64,000 bases of DNA from an uncultured Thermoleophilia bacterium (GCA_963709635.1 CAVPXA010000026.1:4843-68842); one strand, 5' to 3'; shown: positions 23,438-33,726, counted from the stretch's first letter. Notes: generated by a model not told the origin, from the letters alone. Made by a program: numbers and translations.

Positions 23438-24457
23438 GTGACTGCTCCCACGCGCACGGTCATCGACCTCGACGGCAACAGCCTGGCGCTCGAGGTCGCA
23501 GGCGAGCACGACGCCAACCTCAAGATCCTCGAGCAGCGGCTCGACTGCAAGCTCACGCTGCGCGGCAACGTGCTCATCCTCGAGGGCGAGGCGGGCGCCG
23601 TGGACAAGGCGCGCGCCGCCATCGAGGAGCTGCTCGAGGTCGTGCGCGGCGGCCGGCCGCTCAGCCCGGCGATCGTCGAGTCGCTCATGGACATCGCCGT
23701 CAACTCCTCGGGCAAGCCCTCGGAGGTCTACGGCGACGTGGTGTGGACGCACCGCGGTCGCCAGATCGGCCCGCGCACCGTCAACCAGAAGCTGTACGTG
23801 GACGCCATCCGCAACAACACCATCACGTTCGGCATCGGGCCGGCCGGCACCGGCAAGACCTACCTGGCCACGGCGATGGCCGTCAGTGCGTTCTTCGGCA
23901 AGCAGGTGGGGCGCATCATCCTCACGCGGCCGGCGGTGGAGGCGGGGGAGAGCCTCGGTTTCCTGCCCGGCACGGTGAGCGAGAAGGTCGACCCGTACTT
24001 CCGGCCGCTGTTCGACGCGCTCTACGACATGATGGACGGCGAGCGGCTGGCGGCCCTCATCGAGAAGGGCGAGATCGAGGTCGCGCCGCTCGCGTTCATG
24101 CGCGGGCGCACGCTCAACGACTCGTTCATCATCCTCGACGAGGCGCAGAACACGTCGCCCGAGCAGATGAAGATGTTCCTCACGCGGCTCGGGTTCGGCA
24201 GCAAGATGGTGGTCACCGGCGACGTCACCCAGATCGACCTGCCGCACAACCGGACCTCGGGGCTGGTCACGGTGGCCGAGGTCCTGGACGATGTCGACGA
24301 CATCAGCATCGTGCACTTCGACGGGCACGACGTGGTGCGCCACAAGCTCGTGCAGCGCATCGTCAACGCCTACAAGACGCACGACGACCAGGTCGGCGCG
24401 GCGCGCGAGCAGCGCCGCGCCGAGGCCGAGAAGCGCCGCAAGGGGACGGAGACGTGA
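23438..24457 (+). CDS. phoH: PhoH family ATPase
   Basis: GPAGTGKTYLA, RPAVEAGESLGFLPG, LAFMRGRT, DEAQN, GDVTQIDLP, VVRHKLV. Confidence 0.95.
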   Translation: MTAPTRTVIDLDGNSLALEVAGEHDANLKILEQRLDCKLTLRGNVLILEGEAGAVDKARAAIEELLEVVRGGRPLSPAIVESLMDIAVNSSGKPSEVYGDVVWTHRGRQIGPRTVNQKLYVDAIRNNTITFGIGPAGTGKTYLATAMAVSAFFGKQVGRIILTRPAVEAGESLGFLPGTVSEKVDPYFRPLFDALYDMMDGERLAALIEKGEIEVAPLAFMRGRTLNDSFIILDEAQNTSPEQMKMFLTRLGFGSKMVVTGDVTQIDLPHNRTSGLVTVAEVLDDVDDISIVHFDGHDVVRHKLVQRIVNAYKTHDDQVGAAREQRRAEAEKRRKGTET

Positions 24458-24987
24458 ACGTGGTCGAGGTCGTCAACGGGACGCGCGCGGCCATCGACGA
24501 GGAGCTCGTCGCGCGGCTCGTGGCGCGCGTGCTCGAGGAGGAGGGCGTGCGCGGCGCGGAGGCCTCCGTCACGTTTGTCGGCGAGCGGCGCATGCGCCGG
24601 ATCAACCGCGAGTACCGCGACAAGGACGAGGTCACAGACGTGCTGAGCTTCCCGCTCGAGGAGTGGGAGGAGGACGAGGAGATCGAAGTGCTCGCCCCGG
24701 TCTCGCTCGCACCCGATCTCGGCGACGTGGCCGAGGCGGTCGTCGCCGGTGAAGACGGGCCGCCGCTGATGCTCGGCGACGTCGTCGTGTGCACCAGGCG
24801 GGCGCTCCGGCAGGCGGCGGAGGACCAGCTCCCGCCGTCGCTCGAAGTCGCCGTCCTGCTGGCGCACGGCACCCTGCACCTGCTCGGGTACGACCACGAG
24901 ACGGACGCCGGCCAGATGGCGCTCCGCCAGGCCGAGGTGCTCGAGCTCGTCGAGTGGGAGGGCATCGTTGTCGCGCCGTCGCGGTAG
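24454..24987 (+). CDS. ybeY: rRNA maturation endoribonuclease YbeY
   Basis: NREYR..DEVTDVLSF, LGDVV, HGTLHLLGYDH. Confidence 0.94.
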   Translation: MNVVEVVNGTRAAIDEELVARLVARVLEEEGVRGAEASVTFVGERRMRRINREYRDKDEVTDVLSFPLEEWEEDEEIEVLAPVSLAPDLGDVAEAVVAGEDGPPLMLGDVVVCTRRALRQAAEDQLPPSLEVAVLLAHGTLHLLGYDHETDAGQMALRQAEVLELVEWEGIVVAPSR

Positions 24988-25690
24988 CATCCTCACCAGC
25001 TTCAACTTCGCCTTCGACGGCATCGTCCACGCGCTCCGCACGGAGCGCAACATGTGGATCCACTTCGGCATCGCCGCGCTGGTGCTCATCGCCGCGCTCT
25101 TCTTCGCGCTCACGCGGCTGGAGGTCATCGCGCTGCTGGTGGCGATCTCGTTCGTCGTCATCACGGAGATGTTCAACACGGCCATCGAGCACGTGGTCGA
25201 CCTGGTGACCGACGAGGACGACCCGCGCGCCCGCGTCGCCAAGGACGTGGCGGCGGGCGCCGTGCTCGTCGCCGCCGTCAACGCCGTGGCGGTCGCCTAC
25301 CTCGTCTTCTACGACAAGATCACCAGCGTGCCGTACACGATCCTCAGCCAGCTGCGAGGGTCGCCGATCGACGTCACCGTCATCGCGCTGGTCCTGGTGA
25401 TCCTGGCGGCGATCGCCCTCAAGGCGCTGACGCACCGCGGCACGGCGTTCCACGGCGGCCTGCCGTCGGTGCACGCCGCCGTGGCCTTCGGCACCTGGGT
25501 GGCGATCACGTTCCTCGCCAGCGGCACGACCTTCGCGCTGCCGATCTCGGCGGTCACGCTGTTCCTCGCCTTGCTGGTCGCGCAGAGCCGCGTGCAGGCG
25601 AAGATCCACTCGCTGACGGAAGTGGCGGCGGGGGCGGCGCTCGGGATCGCCATCACCGCCCTCCTCTTCCGTATCTGGTACCCGATCTGA
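24968..25690 (+). CDS. dgkA: Diacylglycerol/undecaprenol kinase fused to a PAP2 phosphatase-like domain
   Basis: ERNMWIH, EMFNTAIEHVVD, AKDVAAGAV; C-terminal GGLPSVHAA and QSRVQAKIH. Confidence 0.88.
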   Translation: MSRRRGSILTSFNFAFDGIVHALRTERNMWIHFGIAALVLIAALFFALTRLEVIALLVAISFVVITEMFNTAIEHVVDLVTDEDDPRARVAKDVAAGAVLVAAVNAVAVAYLVFYDKITSVPYTILSQLRGSPIDVTVIALVLVILAAIALKALTHRGTAFHGGLPSVHAAVAFGTWVAITFLASGTTFALPISAVTLFLALLVAQSRVQAKIHSLTEVAAGAALGIAITALLFRIWYPI

Positions 25691-25706
25691 GCCGCAGGAG
25701 CCGACC

Positions 25707-26120
25707 ATGAGCCGCTCTCCAGAACCCGCCGAGCGCCTCCTGTTCCAGGAGGCCGTGACCGTGGCTGACCACGCCTACGCGCCGTACTCCGGGTACGGGG
25801 TGGGCGCCGTGGCCGTCGGCCCGTCGGGCCGCAGTCACCACGGCGCCAACGTCGAGAACGCGGCCTCCCCGGCCGGCCTGTGCGCGGAGCGGGCCGCGCT
25901 CGCCGCGCTGGTCACGCACGGCGAGCGGGAGCTGCGCTCCGTCGCCGTGGCGGCCGGGGACGGCTCGGACTGCCTGCCCTGCGGGATGTGCCTGCAGGCG
26001 CTCTCCGAGTTCGGCGACCCGGACCTGGTCGTGCGCCGCGGCGGAGAAGTCGTCGTGCTGCGCCTGAGCGACCTGCTCGCGGCTCCGTTCTCGCTCTCGA
26101 GGGAGGGTCCGGATGCCTGA
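25707..26120 (+). CDS. cdd: Cytidine deaminase
   Basis: AYAPYS, GANVENA, LCAERAA, PCGMCLQ. Confidence 0.94.
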   Translation: MSRSPEPAERLLFQEAVTVADHAYAPYSGYGVGAVAVGPSGRSHHGANVENAASPAGLCAERAALAALVTHGERELRSVAVAAGDGSDCLPCGMCLQALSEFGDPDLVVRRGGEVVVLRLSDLLAAPFSLSREGPDA

Positions 26121-27063
26121 GCCGCGCCACCCACAGGGTCAGGGCCTCGGTACGGGCGCATCCGGCGTCGGGGAGGGTGCAGACGGCTTCCGCAGCGGCT
26201 TCGTCGCCGTGTTCGGCCGCCCCAACGTGGGCAAGTCGACGCTGGTCAACGCCCTCGTGGGGCGCAAGGTCAGCATCGTCAGCGACCATCCGCAGACCAC
26301 GCGGCGTCGCATCACCGGCGTCGTCACCCTGCATGACTGCCAGGTCGTGCTGCTCGACCTGCCCGGGTTCCAGAAGCCGTTCGACTCGCTCACGCGGCGC
26401 ATGCAGAACACGGTGGACGACGCCCTGGAGGAGGTCGACGCCGCGCTGGTGCTGCTGAACGCCACCGAGACGTTCGGGTCCGGCGACCGCTACATCGCGC
26501 AGGCGGTCGCCGCGGCCGGGCTGCCGTCCGTGGTCGTGCTGAACAAGATAGACCTCGTGGACGGGCCCCGGCTGGGCACGCGCCTCGAGGAGGCGCATGC
26601 CCTCTCCGGGGACGCCGAGGTCCTGCCCGTCTCGGCGCTGCGCGGGGACGGGCTCGCCGATGTGCTCTCACGTCTCTCGGCGGCGATGCCGCCGGGCCCT
26701 GTCTACTTCCCGGAGGGCCAGCAGAGCGACCAGCCGCTGGAGCTGCTCATCGCGGAACTCGTCCGCGAGCAGGCGCTCCGGCTGACCCGCGACGAAGTCC
26801 CTCACGCGATCGCCGCCGAGGTGACCGCGATCGAGGAGCGCACCGACAGGCCGCTGGTGGAGATCGAGGCGAGCGTCATCGTCGAGACCGAGTCGCAGAA
26901 GGCGATCGTGGTCGGCAAGGGCGGGCGTGTGATCAAGGCCATCGGCAGCGGCGCCAGGCACGAGATCGAGGCGATCCTCGGCGTGCACGTGTTCCTCGAC
27001 CTGCGGGTCAAGGTGCGCAAGCGCTGGCGCCGGGACGACCGCTACGTCGAGCACCTGCTGTAG
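26113..27063 (+). CDS. era: GTPase Era
   Basis: GRPNVGKST, PQTTR, DLPG, NKID, EVPHAIA, KH motif IVVGKGG. Confidence 0.96.
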   Translation: MPEPRHPQGQGLGTGASGVGEGADGFRSGFVAVFGRPNVGKSTLVNALVGRKVSIVSDHPQTTRRRITGVVTLHDCQVVLLDLPGFQKPFDSLTRRMQNTVDDALEEVDAALVLLNATETFGSGDRYIAQAVAAAGLPSVVVLNKIDLVDGPRLGTRLEEAHALSGDAEVLPVSALRGDGLADVLSRLSAAMPPGPVYFPEGQQSDQPLELLIAELVREQALRLTRDEVPHAIAAEVTAIEERTDRPLVEIEASVIVETESQKAIVVGKGGRVIKAIGSGARHEIEAILGVHVFLDLRVKVRKRWRRDDRYVEHLL

Positions 27064-27135
27064 GGCGGCGAGGCCGGCTCCCGACTTGCTATACTCGCCG
27101 CCGCCGGTACGTGGAGCCGGGAGGGGAGGCGGGCC

Positions 27136-27819
27136 GTGCTGCCCGAGGAGATCGCCAAGACCATCGACCATACGCTGCTGCGCGCCGACGCCACCGCCGT
27201 CGACGTCGAGACGCTGTGCCGTGAGGCGGTCGCATACCACTTCGCCGCCGTCTGCATCTTCCCGCACTACGTGCCCATGGCCGCGTCGCTGCTCAAGGGC
27301 ACCGACGTCAAGACGTGCACCGTCATCTCTTTCCCGTACGGCGCCGACACGCAGCGCGTCAAGGCGCTCGCCGCCGACGACGCCATCGCCCGCGGCGCCG
27401 ACGAGGTGGACGTGGTCGTCAACATCTCCGCGTTCCTCTCCGGGGAGTTCGGGCTCGTGCGTGACGAGCTCACCGGGGTGGCGAACGCAGCGCGCGTGCG
27501 CGGCGGCAACCTGAGCCGCACCGTGATCGTCAAGGCGATCATCGAGACCTGCTATCTGGACGACAAGCTGAAGCTCCTGGCCTGCAAGATCTGCGAGCAG
27601 GCGGGAGTGGACTTCGTGAAGACGTCGACCGGCGTCGGCCCCCATGGGGCCACCGTCGCGGACGTCGAACTGCTCCGCGACAACCTCGACGCGCACATCG
27701 GCGTCAAGGCCTCGGGCGGCATCCGCACGGCGGCGGACCTCCAGCGCATGGTGGGCGCCGGCGCCGTCCGGGTCGGCACCAGCGCCGGCGCGACGATCAT
27801 GAAGGAGAGCCTCGGCTGA
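27136..27819 (+). CDS. deoC: Deoxyribose-phosphate aldolase
   Basis: [42 protein letters not shown]; TG-C-TATACT at 27087-27095 upstream. Confidence 0.95.
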   Translation: MLPEEIAKTIDHTLLRADATAVDVETLCREAVAYHFAAVCIFPHYVPMAASLLKGTDVKTCTVISFPYGADTQRVKALAADDAIARGADEVDVVVNISAFLSGEFGLVRDELTGVANAARVRGGNLSRTVIVKAIIETCYLDDKLKLLACKICEQAGVDFVKTSTGVGPHGATVADVELLRDNLDAHIGVKASGGIRTAADLQRMVGAGAVRVGTSAGATIMKESLG

Positions 27820-28193
27820 TGGACGCCTCCATGGACCACGAGGCTTTTCTCGGGCTCGTGCGCTACAACGCCGACGGCCTGGTGCCGTGCGTGGTCCAGG
27901 CCGCGGAGGGAGGCGAGGTGCTCATGGTCGCCTACGCGAACGAGGAGGCGCTGCGCGCCACGCTGACCTCCGGCGAGGCGACGTTCTGGAGCCGCAGCCG
28001 CAAGGAGCTCTGGCACAAGGGGGGCACCAGCGGCAACGTGCAGCGCGTGCTCTCGCTTCGCCTGGACTGCGACCACGACACCGCGCTGATGACGGTGGAG
28101 CCGGCGGGCCCCGCCTGCCACACCGGCGCCGTGAGCTGCTTCCGCGACGAGGCGAACGGCGGGGCGGCCACGCGGCCCGCCGCCGGAGCGTGA
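27819..28193 (+). CDS. hisI: Phosphoribosyl-AMP cyclohydrolase
   Basis: [32 protein letters not shown]. Confidence 0.95.
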   Translation: MDASMDHEAFLGLVRYNADGLVPCVVQAAEGGEVLMVAYANEEALRATLTSGEATFWSRSRKELWHKGGTSGNVQRVLSLRLDCDHDTALMTVEPAGPACHTGAVSCFRDEANGGAATRPAAGA

Positions 28194-29899
28194 GCGCAGG
28201 CTCAGCGGGCGGCCGGCGCCGCGTCGGGCTCGCCGGCGTGCTCCTCGCCCTCGTCGTCGTCCTCGCCCTCGTCCTCCGCCTCAAGGGCATCGACTACGGC
28301 CTCCCGTACAGCTTCGTCAACGCCGACGAGAGCACGGTGGTGCCCAAGGCGTTCCATGCGGCGCAGGGTCACCTGAACCCGCAGTTCTTCTTCTACCCTT
28401 CGCTGTACTTCTACCTGGCCGGCGCGCTGTACGTGCTGGCCGCGCCGCTCTGGTGGCTCCTCGGCAACGGGAACCTGCTCGCGCAGACGTCGTTCGTCAC
28501 GGATCCAACGCCGTACTTCCTGCTCGCGCGCCTGCTCTCTGCCGCCATGGGGACGGCCTCCGTGTATCTCGTGTACCGGCTGGGCCGCGACGGCTTCGGC
28601 CGCGCGGCCGGCCTGCTCGGGGCGCTGTTCCTGGCCGTCGCACCGCTGCACGTCGCCTACTCGCACATGGCGGTGACCGACGTGACGGCAGTCGCCATCT
28701 CTCTGCTGGCCCTGGTGCTGCTGCACGGCGCGGCGCGGCGGGGAGGACCGCCGGACGGACTGCGCGGGGAAGCCGCGTCCGCCGCGGGCGCGGAGCGCGC
28801 CGCCGCCCGCCTGCTCGTGTTCGGGGCCGTGACCGCGGGGCTCGCGACGTCCACCAAGTACAACCTGGGCGTGCTGCTGCTTCCCGCCACCGTGGCGGCC
28901 GTGTACGCGTGCCGCGCGGAGGTGGCGCGGCGCGCGGCCGCCGGCGGCCGCGCCGCGCTGCTCTGGCTCCGCGTCCTCGCGGTGCGGGTGTACGTCCCCA
29001 TGGCGGTCGCCTTCGTCGTGGCGTCGCCGTTCGTCGTCCTCGACGCGCCCCACTTCCTGCGCGACTTCCGCCGCCAGAACCAGATCATGGACCGCGGCTG
29101 GCTGGGCTTCGAACACGTCGGCAACGGGTTCTGGTACAACATCACGCCCAATCTCACCGGGGCTATCGGCGTGGTGCTCGTGGTGCTCGGTGCCGCCGGG
29201 CTCGCCTGGGCGTTGTGGCGGCGCACGCGGCTCGACCTCCTGGTGGCGCCCTACATCCTCGTCTACTTCGTCTACAACGGCACCTGGAACGCGCTCATGG
29301 ACCGCTACCTGCTGGTCGTCGTGCCCCTCCTCGTCCTGCTCGCCGCCCGCCTGGGCGTCGACCTCGTGACCGGGGTGACGCCGCGCGCCCGCCGCGTCGT
29401 CCTCCCGCTGGTCGCGGCGGTGCTCGCAGTGGCGGTCGTCTTGCCGCTCGCCGCGTCGCTCAGGTTCGACCGGGAGCTGAGCGGGCGGGACACGCGGGAG
29501 ATCGCGCTGGCGTGGATCCAGCAGCGTATCCCGGCCGGCTCACTCATCGCCGTGGAGAACTACACCGCACCGCTGGTGCTGGAGGACCGGTTGCCTCACT
29601 ACCGCGCGGCGGGCCTGGATCCCGTGACGTACCGCATCCTGAGGCTGAAGCTCCCCGCGCCCGGGACGCCCGACCGCAGGCGTGACCTGGCGTTCCTGCG
29701 CCGTCAGGGGGTGCAGTACGTGATGGTGAGCAGCACCGTGTACGACCGCGTGCGCGCGGCGCCGGAGGTGTACCCAACGGCCGTCGCCTTCTACGAGGCT
29801 CTCGAGCAGCGGGCGGAGCTGGTGGAGGAGTTCCGGCCCGGGCCCGGCGAGCGCGGGCCGGTGCTGCGCCTGTACCGGCTGTCGGCGCCGAGGGACTGA
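28190..29899 (+). CDS. GT-C glycosyltransferase (family 39/ArnT-like)
   Basis: N-terminal TM then NADE acidic motif, FFYPSLY, ARLLSA, SHMAVTD, STKYN, DRYLL; multi-TM. Confidence 0.85.
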   Translation: MSAGSAGGRRRVGLAGVLLALVVVLALVLRLKGIDYGLPYSFVNADESTVVPKAFHAAQGHLNPQFFFYPSLYFYLAGALYVLAAPLWWLLGNGNLLAQTSFVTDPTPYFLLARLLSAAMGTASVYLVYRLGRDGFGRAAGLLGALFLAVAPLHVAYSHMAVTDVTAVAISLLALVLLHGAARRGGPPDGLRGEAASAAGAERAAARLLVFGAVTAGLATSTKYNLGVLLLPATVAAVYACRAEVARRAAAGGRAALLWLRVLAVRVYVPMAVAFVVASPFVVLDAPHFLRDFRRQNQIMDRGWLGFEHVGNGFWYNITPNLTGAIGVVLVVLGAAGLAWALWRRTRLDLLVAPYILVYFVYNGTWNALMDRYLLVVVPLLVLLAARLGVDLVTGVTPRARRVVLPLVAAVLAVAVVLPLAASLRFDRELSGRDTREIALAWIQQRIPAGSLIAVENYTAPLVLEDRLPHYRAAGLDPVTYRILRLKLPAPGTPDRRRDLAFLRRQGVQYVMVSSTVYDRVRAAPEVYPTAVAFYEALEQRAELVEEFRPGPGERGPVLRLYRLSAPRD

Positions 29900-29939
29900 C
29901 GCCCGCGCCGGACTGACGCCGGCGCCGCAACCACCGCTC

Positions 29940-31016
29940 CTACCGCCGCCTGTCGCGGTCGCTCAGCTCGCCCGGGGCCTCGAAGGCCGCCGCTTCGACC
30001 TCGCCCTCTGTGATCGGCTTGCGGCCGGGGCGGACGATGGCATACGCGACGAACCCCGGCGGGATCGGCAGCCAGAAGTTGATGATGCGGTAGACGAGGA
30101 CGACGGCGACGGCCACCGCGGACGGCACGCCGAAGCTGACGTACAGCGCGATCAGGATGCCCTCGACGGCGCCCAGACCCCCAGGCGTGGGCGCCAGCGT
30201 CCCGATGGAGTAGGCCACGACGTAGCCGACGAGCAGGTGGCTCAGCCCGATGGTGTATCCGAACGCCGCGAACGTGCACCACAGGCAGAGCATGTCGAAG
30301 AACCAGAAGGCGCAGGCGAACAGCAGAGTGGTGCGGAAGGACCCCCGGTGCCTCACCATGCGCCGCATACCGGTGAGCAGGTTGTCGATCCACCCGTCGA
30401 TGTGGTGCTCCTTGACGGCCTCGCGGCGCAGGACGCGATTCACAAGCCGCGCGATCTGGTGGGCGCGGAGGCGAAGCCGGGTGGGATGGTTGTAGAGGTA
30501 CACGCCGTACAGGGTCAGCCACAGGATGAACACGATGAGCGCGATGCCGACCAGGTAGCCGAAGATCGAGTCGCTGCCGCGCGTGATGATCAGGTAGATG
30601 ATCGCCAGCGCGAAGAACAACCACAGCACCACGTAGTTGAAGAACTGCTGCGCGGCGATGGCGACGAAGATGATGCCGTGCGGCACCCGGTGCTTCATCA
30701 GCGCGTTGTAGGTGACGACCCAGCCGCCCACGCCGCCGGCCGAGAGGATGTGGCTCACGGCGAGTCCGCTCAGCGTGATGGCCCACACCTCGCGCAGGCG
30801 CATGCGGATGTCGAGCACGCGCAGGATGTAGCGGAAGAGGTTGGCGTAGCCGGCGAGTGCGGCGACCTCGAGGGCGACGGCGACGCCCAGCAGGAAGTAG
30901 CTCGCGCGCGAGATGTACTGGAGCGTCGCCTGTGTGTCGACCAGCTTGGGCAGCAGGAGGTACAGCGCCAGTACGATGACGGCGAAGACGATGATGCGTA
31001 TGAGGGTCTTCTTGAT
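29940..31016 (-). CDS. Lysylphosphatidylglycerol synthase TM-domain / flippase-like protein (YbhN family); start uncertain
   Basis: PTPGGLGAVEG and VLVYRIINFWLP motifs; multi-TM; the likely start is ATC after GGGGG. Confidence 0.85.
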   Translation of the reverse strand: MKKTLIRIIVFAVIVLALYLLLPKLVDTQATLQYISRASYFLLGVAVALEVAALAGYANLFRYILRVLDIRMRLREVWAITLSGLAVSHILSAGGVGGWVVTYNALMKHRVPHGIIFVAIAAQQFFNYVVLWLFFALAIIYLIITRGSDSIFGYLVGIALIVFILWLTLYGVYLYNHPTRLRLRAHQIARLVNRVLRREAVKEHHIDGWIDNLLTGMRRMVRHRGSFRTTLLFACAFWFFDMLCLWCTFAAFGYTIGLSHLLVGYVVAYSIGTLAPTPGGLGAVEGILIALYVSFGVPSAVAVAVVLVYRIINFWLPIPPGFVAYAIVRPGRKPITEGEVEAAAFEAPGELSDRDRRR

Positions 31017-31156
31017 TGCGTGCCCCCGTGGGTCGGCGGGCCCGCCCGCACCGGCGAGCCCCTTGCGCGGCCACGACAGTACCACAGGGCGGGTGGAGAC
31101 CGACTGAGGTCGCGAGCGCCAGGGGAGGGCACGCGACGCCCGGCGAACGCCTGCGC

Positions 31157-31588
31157 TCAGTGCTTCTTGCGGCCTCCGCGGCGCTGGCGAGAGGCAGGCG
31201 CGGTTGCGGCGTGGGTGTCGCCGAGCACCTCGCGCTCGATCTCGCCGCGCCGGACCCACGCGTAGGCCACGCAGGCCGGCACGCAGGTGAGAGGAATGAG
31301 GCAGAGGACGAACCAGCCCCAGCGCCCCGCCTTGAACGTGACGTAGAGCCCGTAGACGAACGTGGCCGCCCACCCGACCAGGAAGACGAGGCCGGCGACC
31401 GCGTACACCGCCTGGGGGATGAAGGTCACGTTGAGCGCGCGGGCGAAGACCTCGAGCAGCAGGATGATGAGCGTGACCGACGAGACGAGGAACAGGTTGG
31501 CGAGGCGGCGGAGCTCCAGGCGGGTCACGTCGTCGACGCGCGCGCCCGGCGCGTCCTTGTCGTACTTCGTCAAGCCGAAGAAGCTCAT
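31157..31588 (-). CDS. Hypothetical membrane protein
   Basis: MSFFGLTKYDK..., 3-4 TM segments, basic tail; GC3-biased codons. Confidence 0.7.
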   Translation of the reverse strand: MSFFGLTKYDKDAPGARVDDVTRLELRRLANLFLVSSVTLIILLLEVFARALNVTFIPQAVYAVAGLVFLVGWAATFVYGLYVTFKAGRWGWFVLCLIPLTCVPACVAYAWVRRGEIEREVLGDTHAATAPASRQRRGGRKKH

Positions 31589-31668
31589 CTCACCGCCGTC
31601 CCCGATGCATCGCCCGGCGCCCGGCCGGGCATGTACCCGGGGACGTATTGACCGGCTAAGTCTCAGGG

Positions 31669-32286
31669 ATGGACGAACGCATCTCAACCCCTCCGGGCGG
31701 CCATGCCGCCCTCTACGACGCAGTGATGTGGCCGTTCGAGCGCGCCGCCGTCGGCGGCTGGCGGCGGCGACTCGCCGCGCAGGCGCGCGGCCGCGTGCTC
31801 GAGATCGGGTCGGGGACGGGCGCGCAACTGCGCTGGTACGCGCCCGGCACCGAGGTCACGGCGCTCGAGCCCGACGCCGGCATGCGGGCACGCATGGAGC
31901 GGCGCGCAGCAGGGGTCGCCGCGCGGGTGCACGTGGTCGGCGGGCACGCGGAGGCGCTGCCGTTCGCGGATGCGAGCTTCGACACCGTGGTGAGCGCCTT
32001 CGCGCTGTGCACGGTCGGCGACCCGGCGGCGGCGCTCTCCGAGCTCCGCCGGGTCCTCACCCCGGGAGGCACGCTCCTCCTCCTCGAGCACGTCCACCTC
32101 GACTGGGAGCCGGGGCGGGGCATGCAGTCCGCCGCCGCACCGGCCTGGGCGTCCCTGGCCGGTGGGTGCCGCCTCGACCGCGACACGCTGCGCTCCGCGG
32201 TCGCGGCCGGCTTCCGGCTCGTCCACCGGGAGACGCACGTCGCCGGGTGGATCGTCGAGGCGGCGCTGCACAGCACGCATCCCTGA
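31669..32286 (+). CDS. Class I SAM-dependent methyltransferase
   Basis: VLEIGSGTG, LPFADASFDTVV, LCTV, RRVLTPGG, LEHV, GGCRLDR. Confidence 0.9.
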   Translation: MDERISTPPGGHAALYDAVMWPFERAAVGGWRRRLAAQARGRVLEIGSGTGAQLRWYAPGTEVTALEPDAGMRARMERRAAGVAARVHVVGGHAEALPFADASFDTVVSAFALCTVGDPAAALSELRRVLTPGGTLLLLEHVHLDWEPGRGMQSAAAPAWASLAGGCRLDRDTLRSAVAAGFRLVHRETHVAGWIVEAALHSTHP

Positions 32287-32397
32287 CGCCGCTCCCGATG
32301 TCCAAGGGCCCTCAAGCGAGAGGAAGAGGCGTCGTACGGCCCCGGTGCTACCCCGCGCGCGGGTACGCCGCAGCGTGCCGCTCCTTGGCCGGAGAGG

Positions 32398-32644
32398 AAC
32401 CCCCCGTGCCGCGTCGGTTTCGGCAACCCTCGACTATCGCTTGACCCATACCCTCTGGCGCAGATAGAGGGTTTGCTCAGGTAGTCGATGAACACCCCTC
32501 GCGCAACCCCTGAGCTCAGCCTGAGGCAGGAAATGAGGGTCGCCGAGACTGAGGGTCCCGAGGCCCCCTGCGCGAGCGTGAGCAGACCCTCGACTCAAGG
32601 TTGAAGAAGCACGCGCTCGCCGGCGTGGCGGCCGGCGCGGGGTT
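32398..32644. other. Unassigned structured non-coding region (candidate ncRNA or leader)
   Basis: Nested complementary segments (see findings); no family recognised. Confidence 0.35.
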
Positions 32645-32845
32645 GCATGAGCTTCGTAGACCTGTTTGACTACCGACCCGAACGAACAACGAGGCGCCCC
32701 CGCCGCCCTTCATCCGTTCGCCCCTTCCGTTCTCACCTTCACTACTGCGGCGTTCGCATGCGGGCCACGGCGTACCCGGCGCCGGATGCCCCTTGGCACA
32801 GGCTGGAAGCCGCTGCCTCTGGGGAAACCCCGTCGAAAGGACGTT

Positions 32846-33541
32846 GTGAGTCGATGCAAGAGTTGGATCGCGATCGTCGTGGTCCTCATCGTCGCCACCG
32901 CCCTGGCCGCTGTCGCCCTCCCGGAGAAGGCTGACGCCGCTTCCCTCAAGAGCAAGCTGCGCCAAGCCAAGCTCGCGCTCGATCAGTCCAGGGACCGCCT
33001 GCAGTCCGCCGAGGCCGCTCTCGCGGCCGCCGTCGCCGTAGACACACCCCTGGCGACCACTACCACCGACCCTGCCGCCACCCCGGCGCCCACGCCGACC
33101 CCCACGGCCACGCCCGATCCCGGTCTGACCGTTGAGGAGCTCAAGGCCAAGGTCGCCAAGGCCCGCAAGGCCGTGCGCGTCTGGAAGCAGCGCGTGCGCA
33201 GGCTCGCCAGGCAGTACAGGATGCAGCGCAACATGATCCGGTGGGAGCGCCAGCACCAGTGGAGGAAGATCATCGAGGTCGCCGCGGCCAAGTACCACGT
33301 CAAGGCCGACGGCATGTACCGCATGATGATGCGCGAGTCCGGCGGGCAGCAGTACGCCGGCTCGGACGGCGCGTTCAAAGGCCTCTTCCAGTACTGGACG
33401 GGCACCTGGGCCGCCAGCTGGAACCCGTGGCGCCATGACAGCATCTACGACGGGAGCTCGCAGATCTTCGCGACCGCGTACGCGATCCACAAGGGCATGG
33501 GTCCGCAGATGTGGACCACCACGTTCGCCTCGCAGTACTGA
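32846..33541 (+). CDS. Secreted protein with C-terminal lysozyme-like (SLT/Rpf-like) transglycosylase domain
   Basis: GAAAGGA RBS + GTG; signal peptide ending ADA; coiled coil; PT-rich linker; MMRESGG (catalytic Glu), GLFQY, TW. Confidence 0.75.
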   Translation: MSRCKSWIAIVVVLIVATALAAVALPEKADAASLKSKLRQAKLALDQSRDRLQSAEAALAAAVAVDTPLATTTTDPAATPAPTPTPTATPDPGLTVEELKAKVAKARKAVRVWKQRVRRLARQYRMQRNMIRWERQHQWRKIIEVAAAKYHVKADGMYRMMMRESGGQQYAGSDGAFKGLFQYWTGTWAASWNPWRHDSIYDGSSQIFATAYAIHKGMGPQMWTTTFASQY

Positions 33542-33549
33542 GTCTGTGA

Positions 33550-33659
33550 CGCCGCGGCGCCTCGCAGGCGCCGCGGCGATGACCGACCCCGCGGCGCCCC
33601 ACGGGCGCCGCGGTGTGACGACGGCCGCCGGGAGCTCCTCACGAGCTCCCGGCGGCCGT
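33550..33659. repeat. Three consecutive perfect GC-rich hairpins
   Basis: 13-bp (33550-33578), 11-bp (33589-33613) and 17-bp (33621-33659) stems. Confidence 0.8.
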
Positions 33660-33726
33660 TGCCGTCTGCGGCCCGGCCGCCGCGCCGCCGCCACCGCCGG
33701 GCGTGAACGCCGCGCCGTGGGCCGAA

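Noticed and set aside
32488-32604. 38-codon ORF MNTPRATPEL...
   Set aside because: Codon usage unlike the host genes, no clear RBS, and it overlaps the structured region.
32745-32840. 6S RNA (CTGCGGCGTTCGCATGCGGGCCA resembles the 6S 5' end)
   Set aside because: No complementary 3' arm or central bubble found downstream.
32290-32845. c-di-AMP, SAM or c-di-GMP riboswitch
   Set aside because: Only isolated words (e.g. CGGCAACCCTC) match; the other conserved blocks are missing or out of order.
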